A stretch of DNA of 64,000 nt from an uncultured Spirochaetota bacterium (GTDB lineage Bacteria > Spirochaetota > Spirochaetia > SZUA-6 > Fen-1364), in contig CAWGAA010000001.1 of assembly GCA_963820525.1 (NCBI GenBank), forward strand, positions 576,001 to 640,000. The letters are read 5' to 3'. Shown here piece by piece: positions 50,860 through 61,816 of the stretch. The notes under the pieces are model-generated. The model was not told the DNA's origin and searched no databases. It saw only the letters and a list, made by a program, of their open reading frames with translations. The position numbers were made by a program, and so were the translations under genes. Within the stretch, counting starts at the first letter, position 1, and every line of letters starts with the position of its first letter.

Positions 50860-51882
50860 TCAGTTTCTCCAGAGGGTCTGCCCGCTTCTGCGCGTGCAGG
50901 AGCCCAAGATTTCTTCGCCCACGAGGCGGGCGATCGCCGCCCCTGTTTCGCTTGTCGAGCGCGCCGCGGGATCGTCGGATTGCACGGGACCGCCCGACGC
51001 TTTCCACGCCATACCCCAATCCACAAGCACGTCCTCGGCGCAGTCGATGATGGGCGCGCCCGACTCGGAAAGACGCCGCGTTCCGGCTCCGGCGGCGCCC
51101 ATGAGGCCCGAGCGATGAACATACAGGTCCCTTCCCTGCTCCAGGGCGTACTCCGCCGTGATCAAGGCCCCCGAGCGCTCGGGAGCCTGGATCACAACGA
51201 CCCCGCGGCACAGCCCGCTGATAATGCGGTTCCTGGCCGGGAAGTGGTGCCTCCGGGGAGGGGTCCCGGGGGGATACTCGCTCACGATGGCCCCACCGTT
51301 TCGGAGCACCCCGACCGCCGCTGCCCGGCTGGAAATCGGGTAGATCGAATCTATCCCGCTTCCCAGCACTGCCACCGAGTAGCCGCCCGCCTCCACGCAT
51401 CCGAGGTGGGCTTCCCTATCGATTCCGCGCGCGAGCCCCGAGACGACCCCGATCCCGCGAGATCCAAGCTCGAAGCCGAGGGAAAAGGCCCCCTTGCGCG
51501 CCGCCCCCGTGGGAAGGCGCGTGCCAACGATTCCGATCAGGGATTGGTTTTCCGGCAGGTTTCCCCGGTAGAAAAGGGTCACGGGAGGATCATAGATCTC
51601 CCGCAGCCGGGGCGGGTAAGCCCGGTCCCAGTAAAAAATGCATCCGATGCCATCCCGGGTCAAGGCTTTTTCGCTTTCATCAGCCCGCTGGAGAAGCTCG
51701 TGCGGGTCCCAGACCTTGGTGACGAGCCTCCTGCCCAGCAGGCGCGCCATATCCGTGATGCCGAGGCTGAAGATCTCCCGCGCCCCTCCCGTCATGTCTA
51801 TAAGGAGGAGCTTCTCCCGGGGAGTGAGGAACGAGACGTGGGAAAGAGCGATGAGCGCGCGCCGCTCACTTGCCTCTGCCAT
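50860..51882 (-). CDS. dprA: DNA-processing protein DprA (Smf)
   Basis: IVGTR, VSGLARGID, FPARNRIISG, SGALITA. Confidence 0.95.
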   Translation of the reverse strand: MAEASERRALIALSHVSFLTPREKLLLIDMTGGAREIFSLGITDMARLLGRRLVTKVWDPHELLQRADESEKALTRDGIGCIFYWDRAYPPRLREIYDPPVTLFYRGNLPENQSLIGIVGTRLPTGAARKGAFSLGFELGSRGIGVVSGLARGIDREAHLGCVEAGGYSVAVLGSGIDSIYPISSRAAAVGVLRNGGAIVSEYPPGTPPRRHHFPARNRIISGLCRGVVVIQAPERSGALITAEYALEQGRDLYVHRSGLMGAAGAGTRRLSESGAPIIDCAEDVLVDWGMAWKASGGPVQSDDPAARSTSETGAAIARLVGEEILGSCTRRSGQTLWRN

Positions 51883-52621
51883 ACAGCTCCTCTTCGATCT
51901 GCTTCTTGTTCGCCTCGGCCTGGTTCTTGATGACCAGGGGCGGATTGGTATCGATGATCTTCGTGTACATGTCTATGGCATCTTCCGGCCGGGCCCTCTG
52001 GTAGTAGACCCGGGCCAGGAGGAACATGGCATCGATGTTCTTCTTCTGGCGGTCCAGCACATCCTTGAGCAGCGGCTCGGCGTCCTCCGGCCTGCCCAGC
52101 TCCACGGCATACAGGACGGCAAGGCCGTACATCGCGTTCACGTATGTCGGGTCAAGGAATATGGCGCGCTTGTAGTACGACTCGGCCTGGGAGAGGAGCA
52201 GGGCCATCTGCTTCGCGTCCGTGACATCGGCCTTCGCCAGCCTCGCCGAGGAAGCCGCGGCATAGTAAAAGAGAATGGGATTCTCGGGGTAGATCTGAAT
52301 GGCATTGGAAAGGGCGTCCAGGGCCTGGCCGTACATCTCGTTGTCGATGTACTTCAGGGCGAGCATCTTGTAGTAGGCGCCGAGATTCTGGTTTGCCTTC
52401 ACCTTCTTTTCGACTTCCGCCTTGTTCTCCGCGATGGCCTTCTTGAGACCTTCCACGGTATCGAGGGACGGTTTCTGCCCCTTGAAGCCGTAGCTTTCCA
52501 GGTCCAGGAGGCGCTGGAGGGTGCCGTCGTCCTGGCGCTGGCATCCTGCGAGCGCCGCGGCCAGAGTCAATGCCGCAAGCCCTGCTCTTAACAACGACGT
52601 GAATCGAGCTGCCGCTTTCAT
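51866..52621 (-). CDS. TPR-repeat lipoprotein
   Basis: Lipobox LAG-C; TPR-like helices. Confidence 0.82.
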   Translation of the reverse strand: MKAAARFTSLLRAGLAALTLAAALAGCQRQDDGTLQRLLDLESYGFKGQKPSLDTVEGLKKAIAENKAEVEKKVKANQNLGAYYKMLALKYIDNEMYGQALDALSNAIQIYPENPILFYYAAASSARLAKADVTDAKQMALLLSQAESYYKRAIFLDPTYVNAMYGLAVLYAVELGRPEDAEPLLKDVLDRQKKNIDAMFLLARVYYQRARPEDAIDMYTKIIDTNPPLVIKNQAEANKKQIEEELYGRGK

Positions 52622-52654
52622 TCTCTCCTCCCCCCGCGTTCAACCTCGCGGTTT

Positions 52655-53533
52655 TCAACCACGGGGATGCTTCTCCTCGTGAAGCCTGCGAAGCGCCTCC
52701 TGGCTCACGTGCGTGTAGATCTGCGTCGTAGCGATATCGGCATGCCCGAGAAGCTCCTGCACCGATCGCAGGTCCGCCCCGCCCGCCAAGAGGTGCGTGG
52801 CGAAGGAGTGGCGCAGGGTATGGACCTTGCTCTGCAGGCCCGCCTTGAGCGCCAGCTTCTTGAAGCTCTTCCACAGGCCCTTGCGCGTGAGCTTTTTCCC
52901 TCCCCGGCCGAGAAACACGTGATTGTCGGGCTTGCGGCCGCGAAGGAGCGAAGGCCGCGCCTCCGCCAGGTAGCGGGTGAGCTGGCATTTCGCCCGCTCG
53001 CCCACCGGGACGAGCCTCTCCCGCAATCCCTTTCCCATGACGCGGACGATCCCCTCGGAAAGGGAGATCTGATCGAGGGTCAGGTCAACAGCCTCGCTCG
53101 CGCGAAGCCCCGAGGAGTAGATCAGCTCGAACAGCGCGAGGTCTCTCATGCCCAGCGTTCCGCCCGCGTCGCTTGCGGCGAGCAGGCGGTCCACCTCCTC
53201 CGTCTCCAGAAAACGCGGGATGCGGCGCGGAAGACGGGGGCTCTCCACCAGACGCGCCGGGTTGGACGGTGCGGTCCCTTCCAGCACGAGGAAACGGAAA
53301 AGGGCGCGCACGGCGGAGAGGGACTTGGCCACGGTGCGCGCGTCGGCGCCGTCGAGCTGGCGCTTGACGATGTAGCCGATCACGTCCCCCGGAGCCGCCT
53401 CGGCGGGAGTCTTTCCCTCGGCGGTGAGAAAGGCAAGGAACGCGCGCGCCTCGGCCGCGTAAGCCGCCACCGTGTTCCGCGACAGGGCCAGCTCGGCTAC
53501 CAGGTAGTCGGCGAAACCGCTCGCCGCATCCAT
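52655..53533 (-). CDS. xerD: Tyrosine recombinase XerD
   Basis: [36 protein letters not shown]. Confidence 0.88.
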   Translation of the reverse strand: MDAASGFADYLVAELALSRNTVAAYAAEARAFLAFLTAEGKTPAEAAPGDVIGYIVKRQLDGADARTVAKSLSAVRALFRFLVLEGTAPSNPARLVESPRLPRRIPRFLETEEVDRLLAASDAGGTLGMRDLALFELIYSSGLRASEAVDLTLDQISLSEGIVRVMGKGLRERLVPVGERAKCQLTRYLAEARPSLLRGRKPDNHVFLGRGGKKLTRKGLWKSFKKLALKAGLQSKVHTLRHSFATHLLAGGADLRSVQELLGHADIATTQIYTHVSQEALRRLHEEKHPRG

Positions 53534-53539
53534 TTCGCT

Positions 53540-54697
53540 CTACTCCCTTTGTCCCGCGGGCCGCTTCTCGCGAAGGACCGTGGGCACGCTCAGGTCGGCC
53601 TCCCGCGAGTTCCTCCCCATGAGGAAGTCCTCGTGCTGCTTGCGGGAGCCGGACTTGCTCATGGCGGCCCACTCCTCGTAGGGGATGATCTCGGCCTGCG
53701 GCTTTTCCGGCTCCACGATGGAGAGGCCCGGCTTCTCGACGGTGAAGCCCGTGGCGATCACGGTCACCTTGATCTTGTCGTTCATCGATTCGACGATGGA
53801 GGTGCCCGAGATGATCAGGGCGTCGTCGTCGGCGTTCGCCGTGATGATCTTCAGCACCTCCTCGTATTCGGAGAGGCACAGGTCGAACCCGCCCGTCACG
53901 TTGACCAGGATCCCCTTGGCCCCCTCCACGCGCGCGTCCTCCAGGAGCGGGTTGTTGATGGAGTTGGTTGCTGCGTCGATGGCGCGGTTTTCGCCGCTTC
54001 CCATGCCGATGCCCATCAGGGCGTCGCCCTTCCCCTTCATGATCGTGCGCACGTCTGCGAAGTCGATGTTGATCTCCCCGGGCTCCGTTATCAGGTCCGA
54101 GATCCCCTGCACGCCCTGGCGCAGAACGTCGTCCGCCATGAAGAACGCCTCCCGGATGGGGGTGCGCTTCTCCGCGATCTTCAATAGATGTTGGTTGGGA
54201 ATGGTGATCAGGGTGTCCACTTCCTGGCGCAGCTTCGTGATGCCTTCCTCGGCCAGCTGCATCTTTCTCTTGCCCTCGAAGTCGAAGGGCTTGGTCACCA
54301 CGGCCACGGTGAGCGCGCCCAGCTGTCGGGCGACGTGGGCCACCACGGGCGCCCCTCCGGTGCCCGTTCCGCCGCCCATGCCGGCCGTGATGAAGACCAT
54401 GTCGGCTCCGCGTAGAAGCGTGGTGAGGCCGTCCTGGTCCTCCAGGGCCGCCTTCTCCCCAACCTCGGGGATTCCCCCCGCCCCCAGCCCGCCCGTGAGC
54501 TTCGTGCCGATCGCGAAGCGGGTCTCCGCGTTGGAGGTATGAAGCGCCTGCTGGTCCGTGTTGACCGCCACGAAGGAGACGTTCTTCAGCCCCATGGAGA
54601 TCATGCGGTTTACCGCGTTGCTTCCCCCGCCGCCGACCCCGACTACCTTGATGAGCGTAGGACTGATTCCGTTTGAATCGAAAAGCTCGATATTCAT
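53540..54697 (-). CDS. ftsZ: Cell division protein FtsZ
   Basis: [27 protein letters not shown]-terminal LSVPTVLR. Confidence 0.99.
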   Translation of the reverse strand: MNIELFDSNGISPTLIKVVGVGGGGSNAVNRMISMGLKNVSFVAVNTDQQALHTSNAETRFAIGTKLTGGLGAGGIPEVGEKAALEDQDGLTTLLRGADMVFITAGMGGGTGTGGAPVVAHVARQLGALTVAVVTKPFDFEGKRKMQLAEEGITKLRQEVDTLITIPNQHLLKIAEKRTPIREAFFMADDVLRQGVQGISDLITEPGEINIDFADVRTIMKGKGDALMGIGMGSGENRAIDAATNSINNPLLEDARVEGAKGILVNVTGGFDLCLSEYEEVLKIITANADDDALIISGTSIVESMNDKIKVTVIATGFTVEKPGLSIVEPEKPQAEIIPYEEWAAMSKSGSRKQHEDFLMGRNSREADLSVPTVLREKRPAGQRE

Positions 54698-54786
54698 GCC
54701 CCCTCCCCTCATGAATAATACTCCGACAACCCTTTAGCCGGCGCGCCGCGCGCCTCTTTCAAGCGTCCGCTCGCGCGCGTTCCATC

Positions 54787-56022
54787 TCAGAAGAAGTCCT
54801 TGAGCCACTTCCTCATCCTGTCCCAGACGCTGGTGAAGGTTCCTTCGCTCGTGCTCATATCGATGGTCTCACCGCCCTGCTGGGACGCGCCGTACATCAC
54901 AAGCCCCACGCCCGTGGCGTACATCGGATGGTGGAACTCCTCCACCAGGCCCCCCAGCTTCACCGGGTAGCCGATGCGGGCGGGAAGCCCGAAGATCTCG
55001 GAGGCGAGCTCCCCCGTGCCGTCCAGGAGCGACCCGCCGCCGGTGAGCACGACCCCTCCCCCAAGGAGGTGGAGGTAGCCCTTCTTCTCGATCTGCTCCT
55101 TCACCATCCCGAAGATCTCCGCCATGCGGGGCTGGATGATCTCGGCGATGCGCCGCCTGTCGATCCTGCGGGGAGGCCGCCCTCCCACTCCGGGAATGGA
55201 GACCTCCTCGTCATCGATCACGGCGTCGGCGTAGCAGCAGCCGTGATCCTTCTTGATCTTCTCCGCCACCTCGAGCGGGGTTTTGAGCATTATCGATAGG
55301 TCGCTGGTGACCTGCTCGCCCCCGATGGACAGCACCTCGGTGTGGTACGGGGCGCCCTCGATATGCACCAGAACGTCCGTGGTCCCGCCCCCCAGGTCTA
55401 TCAGGAGCACACCCAGCTCCCTCTCGTCCGCGGTGAGAACTGCCTTGGACGAGGCCAGGGGCTCGAGGATGATGTCGTTCACCTTGAAGCCGGCGCGGTT
55501 GACGCATTTGACGATGTTCTGCGCCGAGGTCACGGCGCCCGTGATGATGTGCGCTTCGGCTTCCAGGCGCACGCCGACCATTCCGACGGGATTCCTGATC
55601 CCCCCCTGCTGGTCGACGATGAACTCCTGGGGGATCACGTGGAGCACCTCGCGGTCCATGGGGATCACGATGGCCTTGGCCGCGTCGATCACCCGGTCCA
55701 CGTCCTCCTTGGTGATCTCCCGGTCCTTGCCCGTCACGGCCACCACTCCGCGCGAGTTGATCCCCTCGATGTGTCCGCCCGCGATGCCCGTGTAGACGCC
55801 GTGGACCTCGCGGCCCGACATGAGCTCGGCGCTCTCCACGGCGTTCTGGATGGACTTCACCGTGCTCTCGATGTTGATGACGACCCCGCGCCGCAGGCCG
55901 CGCGACGGGCTGGAGCCCACCCCGATGATCTCGAGGCCTCCCGTCTCGTTGAACGCGCCCACGATGGCGCAGACCTTCGTTGTCCCGATATCCAAGCCGA
56001 CGATCAGATCCTCGCCCGCCAT
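54787..56022 (-). CDS. ftsA: Cell division protein FtsA
   Basis: LDIGTTKV, IDLGGGTT, VLTGGG, C-terminal amphipathic WLKDFF. Confidence 0.98.
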   Translation of the reverse strand: MAGEDLIVGLDIGTTKVCAIVGAFNETGGLEIIGVGSSPSRGLRRGVVINIESTVKSIQNAVESAELMSGREVHGVYTGIAGGHIEGINSRGVVAVTGKDREITKEDVDRVIDAAKAIVIPMDREVLHVIPQEFIVDQQGGIRNPVGMVGVRLEAEAHIITGAVTSAQNIVKCVNRAGFKVNDIILEPLASSKAVLTADERELGVLLIDLGGGTTDVLVHIEGAPYHTEVLSIGGEQVTSDLSIMLKTPLEVAEKIKKDHGCCYADAVIDDEEVSIPGVGGRPPRRIDRRRIAEIIQPRMAEIFGMVKEQIEKKGYLHLLGGGVVLTGGGSLLDGTGELASEIFGLPARIGYPVKLGGLVEEFHHPMYATGVGLVMYGASQQGGETIDMSTSEGTFTSVWDRMRKWLKDFF

Positions 56023-56025
56023 CGG

Positions 56026-56895
56026 CTATCCCTCCTTCATCCTGTACACGGCGTCTCCGCTTCGAACGTCGAGCTCCTGAATATCCCTCAAAAGACCTTG
56101 ATTGGACAAGAGGTCGAGAACCATGAGGGAGGACTTCAGGAGGGCCTCGTCGATCGGGCCGCGGGCCCTGATGGGAACCGGGGAAGACAGGAGATAGAGC
56201 AGGAGCTCGGGAGCGGCGCTGGACGCCGGCCGGACATCCGACGATGAGGCGACCCGGCCCGCCGCCGCAGAAGAAGAGCTCCCGCTCATTGAAACCAGGT
56301 GAACCTCGGAGATGAGGCGGTACAGGGAGGGAGAGCGGGACCGCAAGGAGGCGAGATCCGAGAAAACAGAGCGGTACGCCTGCGGGAGCGCCGAGCCCAT
56401 CGCCGCCTCCCCGGCCGCCAGCCCCGAGATCACGGGCAGGTCGACCTCCGCCGCCGTCGCCCCCAGCTTGAAGATGACCCCGTCCCGGTCCACGAGGGCC
56501 GGGACGGTCTTCTCTCCCGCCTGGCCGAGAACCAGCGCCACCGCCTGCCGGCGCACCAGAACGATTCGCAGGGTGTCGGGGTAGAGCTTCTCGACCCTGG
56601 CCTTTCGGATCAGCGGGTTGGCCTCCAGCCTGTTCTGGATGGAGAGGGTCTTTAGGGAGTAGAACGACTCGGAGCCCTGGAGCCCGGACAAGCTCAGCAC
56701 CTCGCGCTCCGACAACGGTGCGTCGCTTTCCACGATCACGTGCCTGATAGCCGTGAAGGGAAGAAGCAGGAACCGCGCCGCAAGGTACAGCACGAGGCCG
56801 GCCGTGATGATGATGGCTCCCATGGTGATGATTCGGCCCAGAAGGAGATCCTCCTTCTCCGTATTCCTCTGCCTCAAGGTGAAAACGTTAGACAT
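56026..56895 (-). CDS. ftsQ: Cell division protein FtsQ/DivIB
   Basis: TM plus POTRA-like domain (PLIRKARVEKLYPDTL); between ftsW and ftsA. Confidence 0.85.
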   Translation of the reverse strand: MSNVFTLRQRNTEKEDLLLGRIITMGAIIITAGLVLYLAARFLLLPFTAIRHVIVESDAPLSEREVLSLSGLQGSESFYSLKTLSIQNRLEANPLIRKARVEKLYPDTLRIVLVRRQAVALVLGQAGEKTVPALVDRDGVIFKLGATAAEVDLPVISGLAAGEAAMGSALPQAYRSVFSDLASLRSRSPSLYRLISEVHLVSMSGSSSSAAAGRVASSSDVRPASSAAPELLLYLLSSPVPIRARGPIDEALLKSSLMVLDLLSNQGLLRDIQELDVRSGDAVYRMKEG

Positions 56896-58060
56896 CGCTG
56901 CGCCTCCCGGCGGCCCGGCCGTCGTATCCTTCGGCATCCCCGCCGGCCCACCGGTCCCGGGCCGCGCCCGGGCGGCTGCGCGATACGTTCGCCAGCATCC
57001 CGCACATGGCGAGCGTCACGGCCAGGGAGGAGCCGCCTGCCGAGAAAAAGGGGAGAGTGATCCCCGTCGTGGGCACCAGTCCCACGGTGACCGTCATGTT
57101 GAGGAGCGCTTGAAGGGCAATCGTCGTGGTGATCCCGAAGGCGAGGTACCTTCCGAACGGCTCCTCGGCGCGCGCGGCGATCCGGTACCCCCTCCACGCC
57201 AGAGCCGCGAAAAGCCCGAGCACGAAGAGCGCCCCGACGAGGCCCATCTCCTCGCCAATGATCGAGTAGATGAAGTCGGAGTGAGCCATGGGCAGGGGCC
57301 CCAGCTTGGCGGCGCTGCGCCCCAGGCCCTTTCCCCAGAATCCCCCGGCCACGAAGGCGGACTGCGAGTTGGCGATCTGGTACGCGTTTCCGGCCGGGTC
57401 CGCCGAAAGACCAATGAAAGCGAGGAGGCGCCGGACGCGGTGCTCTTTGGTGAAGAGCAGGAAGAAGCTCACCGGAAACGCGAAGAGGCTGAGAAGGAAG
57501 AAGTGGAGCAGGCTCACCCGCGCGATGAAGAGCATGGCCAGCCCGATCCCCAGCACGAACACCGCGGTGGAGTAGTCGTTTTGAAGATAGATGATCGCGG
57601 CGAAAAGGGCCGTCACGATAAAAGGCGGTATCAGCTCGTTGATCGTCCTCCCCCTGTCCTCCTTCGAGAAGTACGATGAGAGATACAGCACCAGGGTGAG
57701 CTTCATGGGCTCCGAGGGCTGGATGGACAGGCCGAATACCGAGATCCAGCGCCGCGAACCCAGCACCTGGATGCCCAGAGCCGGCACGAAAGGCAGAAGG
57801 GATGCAACGAGGGTGGCGAAGAGGATCAGGGGCATCGCCTTTCGGAAGATCGCCAGGGGAGTCACGGAGAGCGCGATCGCGGCGGCGGTTCCCGCCGCCA
57901 TGTAGATGAGCTGCCTTTTCACCATGAAAAAGGGATCGTGGTAGGCCCGGGCGGCGAAATCGGAAGAGCCGGAGAAAAGAAGGCTGATCCCGACCCCGGC
58001 GAGGAGCACGAGCAGGAAGACCAGGATGAAATCGCCGTGCTCTTTCTCTACCCGTTCCAC
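56888..58060 (-). CDS. ftsW: SEDS glycosyltransferase FtsW
   Basis: RRW, QPSE, AHSDFI...GEEMG, TGITLPFFSAGGSS. Confidence 0.95.
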   Translation of the reverse strand: MERVEKEHGDFILVFLLVLLAGVGISLLFSGSSDFAARAYHDPFFMVKRQLIYMAAGTAAAIALSVTPLAIFRKAMPLILFATLVASLLPFVPALGIQVLGSRRWISVFGLSIQPSEPMKLTLVLYLSSYFSKEDRGRTINELIPPFIVTALFAAIIYLQNDYSTAVFVLGIGLAMLFIARVSLLHFFLLSLFAFPVSFFLLFTKEHRVRRLLAFIGLSADPAGNAYQIANSQSAFVAGGFWGKGLGRSAAKLGPLPMAHSDFIYSIIGEEMGLVGALFVLGLFAALAWRGYRIAARAEEPFGRYLAFGITTTIALQALLNMTVTVGLVPTTGITLPFFSAGGSSLAVTLAMCGMLANVSRSRPGAARDRWAGGDAEGYDGRAAGRRSDV

Positions 58061-58074
58061 AGCATCCCCTCTCG

Positions 58075-59155
58075 CTACTGGATCTTAAGCGTCGAGAGCC
58101 CCAGGATGGCGAACAGCCCCCCGAGGATCCACAACCGGGCCACCACCTTGCTCTCCGCCCACCCCGAGAGCTCGAAGTGGTGGTGCAGGGGCGCCATCTT
58201 GAACACGCGTCTGCCCGTGAGCTTGAAAGAGATCACCTGGATGACAACCGAGACGAGCTCCAGGACGAACACCCCCCCGAGGACCAGGAGGAGGCACCTC
58301 CTTCTTCAATATCAGCGCCACGGTGCCGAACACGCCGCCGAGGGTGAGGCTGCCCGTGTCTCCCATGAAGACCTCGGCGGGGTGCGCATTGAACCAGAGA
58401 AAGCCGACTGCGGCCCCCACCACCGCGAGGCAGAACACGGCGATCTCCCCGCCGCCCTTGACGAAGGGGATCTGCAGATATTCGGCCCAGTCAACGCGGC
58501 CCGTGATGTAGGCGATCACGGCCAGGGAGAGCCCCACCATGATCGCCAGGCCGATGGCCAGCCCGTCCAGGCCGTCGGTGATGTTCACGGCGTTGCAGTA
58601 TCCCACCATCAGGATCACCGCGAAGGGGATGTAGACCCAGGAGAGGTCGAGCACGGGGCGCTTGAAGAAGGGAATGTACAGCAGGGTCGTGTCCGGCCCC
58701 CGGGTGAGGTACAGGGCCGCCACGATGACGGCTGAGACCAGGATCTGCCCGCCGAACTTCACCCCCGCGCTGATCCCCCTCTTTCGCTTGGAGATCTTCA
58801 GCATGTCGTCGGTGAAGCCGATGCCGCCGAACCCGACAATGGCGAAGAGCAAGAGCCACGTGGAGATGATCGACAGGTCCTGCCACAAAAGGATCGAGAC
58901 GGAGACTGCCAGCACGATGAGCACTCCGCCCATGGTCGGCGTGCCCGTCTTGGCCTGGTGGCTCCGGGGGGTGTCCTCTCTCACCGAGCCGCCGCCCGAT
59001 TTGATCGCGCGCAGCTTCCTGATCACCCAGGGGCCCAGGAGAAACGCGAGCAGCAGGGCGGTGACCGCGGCATAGGCGGCGCGGAACGTGATGTACTGGA
59101 ATATCCTCAAATACGAGATGTACTTGACGAGCGGAAACAGAATCTTCAGGAGCAT
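58075..59155 (-). CDS. mraY: Phospho-MurNAc-pentapeptide translocase MraY, interrupted by a +1 frameshift near 58294
   Basis: [22 protein letters not shown] in one frame; [11 protein letters not shown] in the next; removing one C restores [16 protein letters not shown]. Confidence 0.93.
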
Positions 59156-60597
59156 GATGCCTCCCCACCCACGGGCCGCGGCTCTCTTTCGGCGGCCTGG
59201 ATCTCGGGGAGGAGCCTCTCAAGCTCCGTGCCCCGGGAGCCCTTGACCAGAATGAGGTCGCCCGCGCGGGCCAGGGCGCGCGCTTCTTTTGCCAGGACGG
59301 CGTAATCCGCGGTCCAGGCGGAACGGCCGGCGAGCGGGGATCCCTCGATCTCCCGCCATGCCTCACCCATCTCATCGCCGAAGAGCAGAAGCCCGTCCAG
59401 CGAAGAGGCGGCAAGCATGCGCCCGAGGGCGCGGTGAGATTCCGCGCTCTCGGCTCCCAGTTCGCGCATGGCCCCCAGGACCGCCAGCTTTCTTCCGGTC
59501 CAGGGAAGCGTCTGGATGAAGGAGAGGGCGCGCTCCATTGAGTCGGGGTTTGCGTTGTAGCAGTCGAGCACGACAGTGACGGGCCCCCGGATGATCTGGG
59601 AGCGGCCGAACAGCGGCGCGACGGCCTCCAGGCCGTCGCGCACTTCAGCCGGCGCCGCGCCCAGCTCGATCGCCATGGCTATCGCCCCCAGGGCGTTGGC
59701 CAGATTATGGGGGCCAAAGAGCGGGAAGCGGATCCGGAACCCCTCCCAGTGGATGAGCGTGCCATCCAGTCCCAGGCTCTCGCTTCCCCGGTATCCCCGC
59801 GTGCTCCTTGGCCCGTAATAGACGATCTTCCCGTTCACTCCCGACGAGAGCAGGAGCCCGAAGGGCTCGTCCTCGCCGAGAAGCCCGGTCTGTGTGCCGG
59901 TAAAACGCGAGAAAATCTTCTTTTTTTCTAAAGCGATATGCTCTTTCGAGCCGAGAAGACCGATATGGGCGGTCCCGACGTTCGTTATGAGGGCAAGGTC
60001 GGGACGAACGATATCGGCCAGGACGTCCATCTCCCCGTGACGGTTCATGCCCATCTCGAAGACCGCATAACGGTGCGTCGGCGCCACGGAGAAGCACGAG
60101 ACGGGCAGCCCGATCTCGGAATTGAGGTTTCCCTCGTTCACCGCCGTGGCGGATCCGATGGAAAGGATCGCGCCGATGATCTCCTTGGTTGTGGTCTTTC
60201 CATTGGATCCCGTCACCCCCAGCCGCGTGACGGCGGCACAACGGCGCATGTGGAAACGGGCCAGATCCTGGAGGCCCGCCAGGGTGTCATCGACGGCAAT
60301 CGCGGCTATCCCATGAGAAGCAGCCGCTTTTCGAAGCGTGCCTTCCATGAGGCGCGACTTCGCCCGACTCACCAGGATCGCAGCGGCCCCCCGCTCCGCC
60401 GCCTGGCCGACATGCTCGTGGCCGTCTGTGCGCTCGCCCGCCAGGGCCACGAAAAGGGCATCCGGGGTCGTCGTCCTCGAGTCGATGGAGACCGAGCGGA
60501 CGGTCCGCGAGCTTCCGGCCGGGAAAAGAAGAGAACCGCTCACAGCGGAGAGGATATCGTCGATGCCGAGGAGCGCGGCGCCCGCCTGGACGTTCAT
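59146..60597 (-). CDS. murF: UDP-MurNAc-tripeptide--D-Ala-D-Ala ligase MurF
   Basis: DSR, GSNGKTTTKE, EMGMN, DCYNANPDSM, KGSRG. Confidence 0.96.
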   Translation of the reverse strand: MNVQAGAALLGIDDILSAVSGSLLFPAGSSRTVRSVSIDSRTTTPDALFVALAGERTDGHEHVGQAAERGAAAILVSRAKSRLMEGTLRKAAASHGIAAIAVDDTLAGLQDLARFHMRRCAAVTRLGVTGSNGKTTTKEIIGAILSIGSATAVNEGNLNSEIGLPVSCFSVAPTHRYAVFEMGMNRHGEMDVLADIVRPDLALITNVGTAHIGLLGSKEHIALEKKKIFSRFTGTQTGLLGEDEPFGLLLSSGVNGKIVYYGPRSTRGYRGSESLGLDGTLIHWEGFRIRFPLFGPHNLANALGAIAMAIELGAAPAEVRDGLEAVAPLFGRSQIIRGPVTVVLDCYNANPDSMERALSFIQTLPWTGRKLAVLGAMRELGAESAESHRALGRMLAASSLDGLLLFGDEMGEAWREIEGSPLAGRSAWTADYAVLAKEARALARAGDLILVKGSRGTELERLLPEIQAAEREPRPVGGEASCS

Positions 60598-60878
60598 TGA
60601 GGCTGGACCCCCTCGCGGGCGATGACCACCCGCGTGACCCTCGATGGGTCCACGGTGGAGAGATGCAGCAGAACGGCCCGCTCCTCCACTCTCTGGGGAG
60701 ACTGCTCGTAGGCGATGCGGGCGATGGCGCCCATATTGCTCTCCAGAAGGTCCTTCTGCCGCTTCTCGAGGGCGGCGACCTCCTCCGAGAGAGCGTGATA
60801 CCGGTAGCCTTGCCAGGCGTTCACGAACAGGAGCGCCGGAACCACGAGCGCCATGGCCAGGGCGAGGATTTTCTTCAT
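60594..60878 (-). CDS. ftsL: FtsL-like septum protein
   Basis: TM plus coiled coil, SPQRVEERA; ATGA overlap after rsmH. Confidence 0.75.
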   Translation of the reverse strand: MKKILALAMALVVPALLFVNAWQGYRYHALSEEVAALEKRQKDLLESNMGAIARIAYEQSPQRVEERAVLLHLSTVDPSRVTRVVIAREGVQPQ

Positions 60879-61816
60879 GCGGCTCCCTTCTCTGCGACGC
60901 GGAGCTTCGCGCTCCGGGAGGCGGGGTTGGCGGAAACCTCCTCCAGTGTGGGACGGACGGGCTTCGGCGTCACGATTCGAAGCTCCGATTTGCCCCCACA
61001 TTGACAGATCGGCCATTCCGGCGGGCAGGTACAGCCCTTCGCCTTGTCGCGGAAGAATCCCTTCACGATCCGGTCCTCGAGGGAATGAAAAGTGATCACC
61101 GCCATGCGGCCTCCGGGCTTCAGCACGGTGAGTGCCGCCGCAAGGCCTCCTTGAAGCTGCTCAAGCTCGCGGTTGACCGCGATGCGCAGGGCCTGGAAGC
61201 TGCGGGTGGCCGGATGGAGCCTGCCGTGCCGCGCCGATGGGGGCACCGCCGCGGCTATTATACGGGCCAGCTCCGCCGCCGTCGTAATCGAGCGGCCCTT
61301 CCGCTCGCGCTCGATCCTGCCGGCGATCTCCCACGCGAAGCGTTCCTCCCCATAGTCCCGGAGGATCCGCGCAAGCTCCTGCCTGTCCGAAGTGTTCACG
61401 ATATCCGCAGCCGTGGAAGGAAGCTCGTCGGAGAGCCTCATGTCAAGGGGCTCGTCGCGGTCGAAGGAGAAGCCCCTGCCGCTCCCCTCATAGTGGTAGC
61501 GGGAGATCCCGAGATCGAACAGAATGAGGTCGGGCATCCGTCCGCCCTGCTTCCGGGCATAGCGGGAGAAGAAGTCCTGAAACCAGGCCTGAACGAGCTC
61601 GATGCGCTCGCCGAAGCGGGAGAGCCGCTCCCGCGCCGTGGCCAGCACCTCGGAGTTGGCGTCCACCCCGATTATGAACAGCTCGGGGTAGCGCTGGAGA
61701 AACGCCTCCGCGTGCCCCCCCTGGCCCAGGGTCGCGTCGACCAGGAGGCCGTCGTTCGCCGGCGGGAGAAGATGGGCGAGGACTTCGACGAGGAGGACCG
61801 GGGTATGGACGATCAC
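60875..61816 (-). CDS. rsmH: 16S rRNA m4C1402 methyltransferase RsmH (MraW)
   Basis: HTPVLL, DATLGQGGHA, PLDMR, FHSLEDR, SRSAKLR. Confidence 0.97.
   Translation of the reverse strand: MIVHTPVLLVEVLAHLLPPANDGLLVDATLGQGGHAEAFLQRYPELFIIGVDANSEVLATARERLSRFGERIELVQAWFQDFFSRYARKQGGRMPDLILFDLGISRYHYEGSGRGFSFDRDEPLDMRLSDELPSTAADIVNTSDRQELARILRDYGEERFAWEIAGRIERERKGRSITTAAELARIIAAAVPPSARHGRLHPATRSFQALRIAVNRELEQLQGGLAAALTVLKPGGRMAVITFHSLEDRIVKGFFRDKAKGCTCPPEWPICQCGGKSELRIVTPKPVRPTLEEVSANPASRSAKLRVAEKGAA

Noticed and set aside
47859..53533. Two tyrosine recombinases flanking TPR-dprA-topA as a possible integrative element
   Set aside because: Both look like housekeeping XerC/XerD in a typical ftsZ...topA-xerC-hslVU context. 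I saw no att repeats, composition shift or dif-like site by eye.
58272..58278. G7 run as a phase-variation switch for mraY
   Set aside because: The run length already fits the MraY frame (GGG GGG GTG). The extra base lies ~16 nt earlier in the gene, and phase variation of an essential gene is implausible.
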